Source: Yuukianura sp. NJ FZ-2021
Lineage: Eukaryota
Length of the DNA stretch: 64,000 nt
Direction of reading: 5' to 3'
NCBI GenBank assembly: GCA_046563655.1
Contig: CM102289.1
Span: forward strand, 3,596,001 to 3,660,000
The position numbers and the translations under genes were made by a program. Shown piece by piece: positions 56,544 to 64,000 of the stretch (the first letter of the stretch is position 1; each line of letters begins with the position of its first letter). The notes below the pieces were generated by a model that ran no database searches, was not told the origin of the DNA, and saw nothing but the letters and a program-made list of their open reading frames with translations.

Positions 56544-56650
56544 AGTTCTGTTCATGCAAATGAGAGGCCTGGTTTTTTAACTTCGGTTACATGCCTCCTG
56601 TGTTACCTGTTATCGCGAAAAACCGGCCCCTCATTTGCATGAACAGAACT
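56544..56650. mobile_element. 107-bp MITE-like palindrome
   Basis: Perfect 21-bp arms AGTTCTGTTCATGCAAATGAG / CTCATTTGCATGAACAGAACT, extending imperfectly to ~34 bp; TA near both ends. Confidence 0.7.
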
Positions 56651-56740
56651 GTATTACCCTAAACTTACTTTTAAATTAAAATTCTCGAAAAATTCCCGAA
56701 ATTCTCGAAAATATCTGCACCGTGTGAATTTGTAGGTAAT

Positions 56741-58356
56741 TAGACATCGGCGTCTTTGTAACCCGGCTTCCGATAGCCTGAAACGACAAAGTTTCTGTCC
56801 TTCATTAAGTTTTTTCTGTTAATTTAATTTTTGTTTTTGAAAAATTACTGTCATTAACATTAACATGGATTTGGTTCGATGATGCATGAGGAAACGGGTT
56901 TGTCCCATGCAATGTAATCATCCATCACTCCACCTACCTTTTTTGGCAGCAGTTCCGTCCGGTGAAATAAAGTCCAGCAACGTTTACATATCGGGATTAA
57001 GTTTTATCCTGTCACGGATCTTCTTTGGAAAGAATACTATTGCAATTGCATAAATTGCCCAAAATATTGTTGGAATATTTACAAGACGAATTTCTGCAAT
57101 GCGAAGTGGCAAAACTTCCTTGAATATAGAAAAACAATAATATTAATTCAGATTTACTTTTTCAATAAAAACTTTTTGAAATTTAGAAATGTTTCTTACG
57201 AAAACCATTTTCGCAGCGAACTTCATACCACGAAGTCAACTGTCTAAACCTGGGCGAATGACAGCCCGACCAATCAAGAATTGCTACGCCAACATGAATT
57301 TGAAAATTTTTGTCCGAGTATTTGCTCGAAAAGACATGCTGAAGCCTATGGGGGGAGATTTGCTGATAAACTACAGGATTTTTTCCGCAACAGGAATCCC
57401 AAAAAACGGGCAATTCCTATTGCGGAAAATGCTGTTGCGTAAAATCGTGACACTTATTTTCTGTTGCGAAAAATCCTGACAGTTGTTACACTCCTTTGTC
57501 CCCTTTTTCAAAAACACAAAATTCCTTTTTAGTTAAGATTCGATTTCAAGGGTCCAGTTTCATTCCGGATTCCCTTTGAGTAAGATCTTAAGTAACTACA
57601 GTGAAAGTGTTCTAAGCATAACAACAGTCATCTTCTCTTGCGAAAAATCCTGACAGTCATTTTCTGTTGCGAAAAATCCTGACAGTCATTTTCTGTTGCG
57701 AAAAATCCTCACCGTCATTTGCTGTTACGAAAAATCCTGGTAGGTATTTTATATTGCGAAAAATGCTGACGTCTTATTTCTGTTGCGAAAAATGTCGACA
57801 GTCAATTCCTACTGCAAAAAAAAAAATGAGCCAATCCCATGTAGAAAATTCTGAGGTCCTCACTTTCTGTTGCAAAAAAAAAAATTCGAGATGTGTTTTT
57901 GACACCAGGAATCGAGACGTGTTTTCGACCAGGAAGGTTCGTCCACGTTACCAAGAGATGGCGTGCACTGCACCAAATTGACGATTATTTCGCATGTACA
58001 ATATGTAGAAGGTATGGGTCATATAAAGCAGGTGAAAAAATCCTCGCAATTTACTGAAAAACTTGATTTTTTACTTGTACTTCAATTTTATTGATTTAGA
58101 ACAACATTGATCTTGTTAAAAATTCGCGATACAATAATTTTGATAGATTTACGGAAATCTTTGAATTACATACCCCTCAACATGCCCCATATTATCGACA
58201 ATTATCGATAACGGCGGAAAAATTTCGATAATTATCAATAATTATCAAGAGTGAATCTCGATAATGCGACCCCTACTACTACCTTTCATTTCTGACAGCG
58301 TCAATCAGTCTGTCCAGTTCCGTTTCTAGATTCTGAGCGTTTCAATTTAGTGTCAT
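56741..58356 (-). pseudogene. CRAL-TRIO pseudogene (closest to protein 3), interrupted by a minisatellite
   Basis: Exon 1 MTLN*NAQNLETELDRL (58356-58282); NFQIHVGVAILDWSG (~57300); LPLRIAEI..KKIRDRIKLNPDM* with frameshifts (57121-56850); last exon at ~56778. Confidence 0.8.
57374..57900. repeat. 29-bp minisatellite (TGACAGTCATTTTCTGTTGCGAAAAATCC)n, probably inside a MITE-like insertion
   Basis: Tandem degenerate units at ~57410-57485 and ~57625-57880; one inverted unit at ~57374-57398. Confidence 0.85.
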
Positions 58357-58736
58357 GTTGGCGTAAATTTTGCTTTGCTGGAAGTGATTTGCATACTAGG
58401 ACAAATTAAGGATCGTATGGGAACAAAATACTGAAAAAATCCTGCAATTAACTTACGTTAATGGTATTACTGCATTATTTTTTATTTCATCATTATCATC
58501 ACTATAGTAAACATATGTAGGTAGACTCTCCGTTGAATGACCACGGAGCACTTTTGGACTTGGAGGAGCACCACTTCTGGAAAATCTCATCTACTTCAAA
58601 AAAAATACCTCCTTATCTCAGCAACAACATAAGCCAGAAGTTAAAAACTTAAAAAAAGAGTACACCGAAATGAGTTCTTAGGCAATTTACATAATTTGCT
58701 TTTGTGTTGAATTGTCGAAACCAATTTTTTTTATAA

Positions 58737-59978
58737 TTAGCTTAGCCTTCTGTACATAACTAGGAAAGTCATCATGTTGGCTAAAACTGCGCCAATGATT
58801 CCCATAGTTTCTCCCATTTCAATTTTGAATTGGAGTGAACCAGCCAATCCAATTGGACGGACAGATTTGAATTTGGCGCGCCAATATTTTCTAAGAAATT
58901 TGTTTTTGAAAGTTGGCGCATATCCACTCCATGCCTTCATCTTCTGCCACTTATCAAGGCATTGTGTAGAGTAGTCACAGATCATTTCACCCTTCTTGAT
59001 CATTGCCAAAATTGCACATGAAATGAATACATTTTGAATTGTGAGCACAAGGTAGAAAGACTTGAGGTTTCTGTTAATGCAAAGTGCGGTTCCACTGGAG
59101 ATGAACCAGATGAGGAAGTACTTCAAAGTAACCAACACAGATCCAAAAACATTGTTGAAAATGTTCAACAAGATGTTGACTTCTGCGTACTTCCTGAAGC
59201 CTTCTTGAGGACCACATTTAATCAGGGTTTGTAGCATGGTAGAGTAGGCCGTTGTCAGGGCAACCAGTTCGACTCCCTTCAGGAACCATTTGACTTCAGT
59301 GAGGCACAGGAACACTCCCACGAAGAGAAGGCTAATGTATGTCAACGCTAGAATTACAAAGTCCGGGAGGATTCCAAAAAGTACTACAGAATTAAACGCG
59401 CCAAGAAATAAACCGAAATCGGTATTGAGAGACAGTGGAGTTAACACTGATACGAAAACGGCACACGCGGCGTCTCCAGCATAAGATGCATGGACCACAA
59501 CTGCTCTGCCTTTTGGTATTCCTAAAATTTAAAAATTCTTGTGAAAATTTCTAAACAGAAAACTGTAGTTCCAAAATTCTAAATTTCTGTAAGTTTTTGA
59601 ACATGATTTACCCTTGTATGAGTAAATTTTTTCGCTTAGTTGTAGAAAAGTGTTGAGGACTTGAACAGTTTCTTGAGCATTGTAGAAATTAGCCAAATCC
59701 AACAAAATGTTGAATCCTAAAATTGGCCACGATAGGAAAAGGAGCGTGATAAAAGTAGGATTCAACGCAACTTTAACTGCAAAAAATGTACACAACATCG
59801 ACGTGGCGAAGGTCACTATGTCAAAGGTCAGGAAAACACAAAAACTTTTCCAGTGCTTCACAGATTTGTCCATGATAAATTGTCCATTTTTCGCATTCCA
59901 CTGAACAAAGGAATGGAACAAAGCGTGGGCCAGGAAATGGGCCAACTGAAAATACTTGAACTCAGCCTCACACAACAT
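58737..59978 (-). CDS. Arthropod gustatory/odorant chemoreceptor-like 7TM protein (2 exons), intact
   Basis: Two hydrophobic ORFs joined by a GTAAAT..TTTTAG intron; YAEVNILLNIFNNVFG and basic loop KFKSVRPI before the final TM. Confidence 0.7.
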
Positions 59979-61484
59979 TTAAAGTCGATAATAAATTTTT
60001 ACGCAAGCTGAAAATTCTTCAGTAGAAACATCATGAAACAAGAAACTGGAGCTTTTGAAAGAAGCATCTAAATTTTGAGACTTTGAAATCGTAAAACACA
60101 AAATTTTTAAATAGTAAAAAACAAGCTGAAATTGCAGAAAAACACAAAATCAATTGCTGAAAAACAAAGTTTAATTGCAGGAAAAATCAATTACTGCAAC
60201 TTGGGAGTAACTAGGAAAAATTGACTTTTACTGCAATAAACGTTTCTGCAATTAAAAACACTTTTCGCCATTGCTTTAATCGGCGAAAAGTGTGTTTTTT
60301 AATTGGTGCGGCGTTTTTTAACGCGCGAAATTTTAAAATAATTTTGTCACCATTTCTCCATAAAGAAGAGAAGAACGAAGTCGTCGTTGTTTTTAGTCGG
60401 ATTGTGACGATGAAGCGGATCTCTCGGTACAAGCGAAGAGATCCGAAGAATCTGATATTGATATGTGCGAAAACGATGATGAGAATACTTAATTTATACA
60501 GCACACTGATTTTTAACAAAAATTAAATTAGTTTCGATTTAAAATGTGAGGAAAATTATTGTTTCTAAACGAGCCACAGAAATCGAAAACTAATTTTAAG
60601 CTCACGCTTCTAATAATATGGAATTTACGGTAACCAAACGTAACCTGTTTTTGAAATGGTTCGGATATTGGAATTTTTATTTTTACACAGCCACATCGAC
60701 ATTGAATGTTCTCATAATTTAAAAAAGTAGTCGAAAGTATTTCCATAACCTTCCAAATAATTTATTTCCCAAAAACTCTTCAAAATGGTATCCAATTTGG
60801 AATTTAGAAATGACTTCAATTGCCCGAGAATATTTGAAATGCTGTGAAAGCTTGGCTTTTAGTGGAACATGAGATAGGCGGGTATTTGCAAATGAGTAAT
60901 GCAGAAGGATTTCATGAAAATTGATCCAATTTTGAAACCACCAATGTTTGTTTATAATATCGAAATATAAAACAAATAGTTCACCTGATTTATTTAGCTT
61001 TAGAAAAGTGGCTTTATGTGAGTCATGGTTGGAATCTTCTAAAAGAACAATAGAAAGATTACATATTTTAGGAAGAAATCAAATTGGATCAAACGCCACT
61101 CAATCTTTCTCTTACTTATCATGTCAACGTTTTCATCTCCCGAATTGAATAGATTACACAACCAAACTAATCTCCTTTCGGTTATAACATCATGCCAGCT
61201 TCAACTCTTAGGTCAGTTCTTGATTTCTTTGGTATTTCAACTTAAACAAAAATTTCGAACGTTTTTCGAGAAAAACATTGGACTCCATAATGCGTTTCCT
61301 CTTCTCCAATCAAATCCCGCTGCTAGCAAAGCCCATCTTTTTATTTTTATTTTTTGCAGTTACAATTTCTGCCATCGAAACCAACGGTAAGAGTTATAGC
61401 AGCATCATAAATAAAATATTATTTTTAAAAGTAATTATAAAATTATAGTTATTTTAATTATTAATTGTGTATGCAATACCATTT
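59429..61484. repeat. Right copy of ~2.05 kb inverted segmental duplication
   Basis: Reverse complement of 1131-3185. Confidence 0.97.
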
Positions 61485-63449
61485 ATCATCTGTTATATAA
61501 AATTAGCGTTATTTGTTATTTGTAGAAGTTAAGCTCAACCTTCTGTTCAGCGGAACATATGCCACCTACTTCTTGAGCTCAGAAGCGGTAAACTTTAAAA
61601 CTGAAATGTTATAAAATTCAACATTTTACATTTTTGTTTGTTAATTTGTCTTTAGACCGATGCAATCACGGCCCAGGAGACATGCAGAGCAAACAATAAA
61701 GCACTGAAACTCCTTTCAATTGAAAATGACGAAGAATTTGAAGAAATTTTACCATTTCTTACTAAAACAATTGGTTAGACAAAACCTGAGATGAAAATAG
61801 ACATGTATTTTGACTTGTTTTCTGTGCGCAGGCGTTGAGGACATTTGGACAAGTGGAGTAGAAACAATTTTTCAAGATTCCGCAGACTTTCTTTGGTCCA
61901 GCGTTGCGCAGCCTCTGAGGTATACCAATTTTGCACCAACTCTGGAAGAGCTCCTGCATGGTAACCATGGGCGACAGCGTCGTGGAGTACATGGCGTCTA
62001 CCCTAATTGTTCTTGCGACAACGAGTGCACGGAGACACCGTCTTGCGACCGTTTTGACTGCACTGTAACTGGAGAGATTTGCGCCGCAGAAGAACCAATA
62101 TGTTCCGAACCGGGCGAGCCAGACTGTTTCCTTATTGATCCCCTACCAAATTGCACCGTGACGTGTCCCGAATGCACAATCAAACGCGGAAAATGCGAAG
62201 TAGGTTAAACTTTTTTCTAGTAAAAACCTTACAACGTTAAAAAGTGAAATTTGATTTCAGAAATACTCAAGTTCTCAGAAATTCCAAAAGCAATAACTAA
62301 GATTTTTAATTTTTTTGTATTCATAAAATTCTCTTTACAATTTGAATTTTCAGTTGATTCAGCCAGTTTGCACAGTAACAGGAACGCCAAATTGCACAAC
62401 GACTACGTCGACAGATTGCACATTAATTCCTCCGGAATACGAAGTCGTACCAGGCAAATGTTCGTTGATCCAGCAACCCTGCGCCGTTACGAAGCCAGAA
62501 GAACCGTGCAACCGCCCTGTCAACTGTACTTTTCAATACAATCCAAGCTGCGAAGCGGGTCACAATCGACCGGTTTTTGGAAGTTCAAATTCAGAATACA
62601 ATCTGCCAAAGAACTGCTCCATGAATTGTCCAGGCGGCCGATGCTCAAATCCGTGTCCCATCAACGACAAGTGCTGTAGAGTATTCAACTGCGTTCCTGA
62701 TTTGATTTGCCAGGCTCCACCAGGTGAAAAATCAAATCAAAAAAATTTTGTTTAAATTTTTAGTTGCTAAAAGTATAATTTCCAACTTTAGTCGTTTGCC
62801 CTCCGCCAATCTATCACTGTCTCCCCGCTGAACTCGTGAAAATCAGTGAAGAGAGACTTGACTGCGGTGAACAAGAAACTGTTTGTGACTCGCCGACTGT
62901 AGAGTGTACTAAGGTTTGTAACATTTGAAATGAATACCGAAATCGAACAAATTGTTAAATGAGTAGTACTTAATTAGTTAAAATATGTTATTAAAAAAGG
63001 TTCAAAAGAAATGCGAAGAAGATGTCATAACCTGTCCACCGCCAAAAACCGTTTGCACTCCTGCTGTTTCACATTGTACCCGACGTAAGTAATGTTTCAA
63101 CAATGTTTTTTACCACCCAAGATTTAGAACTAACTTTTGCACAATAACTTACACTTGATTTGTAGCCAATTTGAGCTGCTCAAAACCAATTGTCAACTGC
63201 CAGAAGCCTACGATCGACTGCCCGCCTCTCCCAACGTGTGAGATACCGCCCAGTTGCTATAGTAACCAGGGGTATCTGACTAGCTCCGATTGCAACTGTC
63301 GCCAAAAACGAGAAATCAAAGACAAAGGAGCTCTGGTGGCTGCCAAATGTGTGTCACTTAAGAAATCCATGGGATACAAATGGGTTGTTGAAGAGTGTAA
63401 CAAGGCCAACTACTTTATTTGTGAAGAGGCTCATTCAGTTTTCTTTTAA
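61290..63449 (+). CDS. Secreted split C-type lectin with ~309-aa Cys-rich insert; exons 61290-61386, 61526-61587, 61656-61773, 61832-62199, 62354-62723, 62792-62913, 63000-63084, 63166-63449
   Basis: All seven introns are GT-AG and phase-compatible; CTLD N-half (YFLS..AQETC..LLSIENDEE..IWTSG..FLWSS..YTNFA) and C-half (KCVSL..KWVVEEC..NYFICE) are separated by RQRR-[Cys-rich]-RQKR. Confidence 0.88.
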
Positions 63450-64000
63450 GTTTTCAACGAATAAAAATTTTTAGACTCTAAAAATTTTAACACTTTTAAG
63501 CATGTAAATTCCAAAAAAAAACAAACAAATATTTAGTCTGTTAGCCTAGTGCAAATAAAAAATATATAAAAAATTGAATTTATTCCTACGTTATAAATCC
63601 TACGTTTAGATAATCAATTCTAGGACTCTGCCCAGAGTCCATTTTCATTTGGAAAAATTTTCCAAACCAGCCTCTTCATTATGAACTATTTTCTTTTCAT
63701 CGCAGACCGGGCATGCAAAAACCTATACTTTTATAATAAATAACGCAAAAGGAATCAGTTCAAGGATAAATTCTGTTAAAGAAATTTGTTATGAAATATA
63801 ACTATAGCTATAACTACAACAATAATTATAAATAAAACAATTTTTTAACTGAATTTCATTTTAGGAACAAGTTTTTTTTTCAATTTATCATTCTGATAAA
63901 AATGTGAATAGATTATGAGGGAATCATATCGATTCCCAAGAAATCCGATACACTAAGAGGCTTGATTTACGTTACTCATCTGTAGATGGGCAAAATCCAG

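Noticed and set aside
57374..57900. CRISPR array
   Set aside because: 29-bp units are head-to-tail without unique spacers; no cas genes; eukaryotic context

Overview
AT-rich eukaryotic (arthropod-type; short ~60-100 nt GT-AG introns, scattered TAACC/TTAGG motifs; springtail-like gene content is only an inference) genomic window with about 24 intron-containing genes or pseudogenes: C-type lectin, WAP peptide, astacin, lipocalin, a PVR-like receptor tyrosine kinase with a propeller+Ig ectodomain, chemoreceptor-like 7TM genes, an SDR, four CYP2-clan P450s, an acid lipase, a class A GPCR, two DGAT2/MOGAT acyltransferases, a CRAL-TRIO array, an orphan gene and a divergent CK2alpha. A ~2.05 kb inverted duplication (1131-3185 / 59429-61484) brackets ~56 kb and carries a lectin signal-peptide exon plus a chemoreceptor 5' end. 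The most unusual gene (61290-63449) encodes a secreted C-type lectin domain split by a ~309-aa mirror-symmetric Cys ladder with a WAP-like knob, flanked by two furin sites. All gene models were spliced by eye; no database searches were run.
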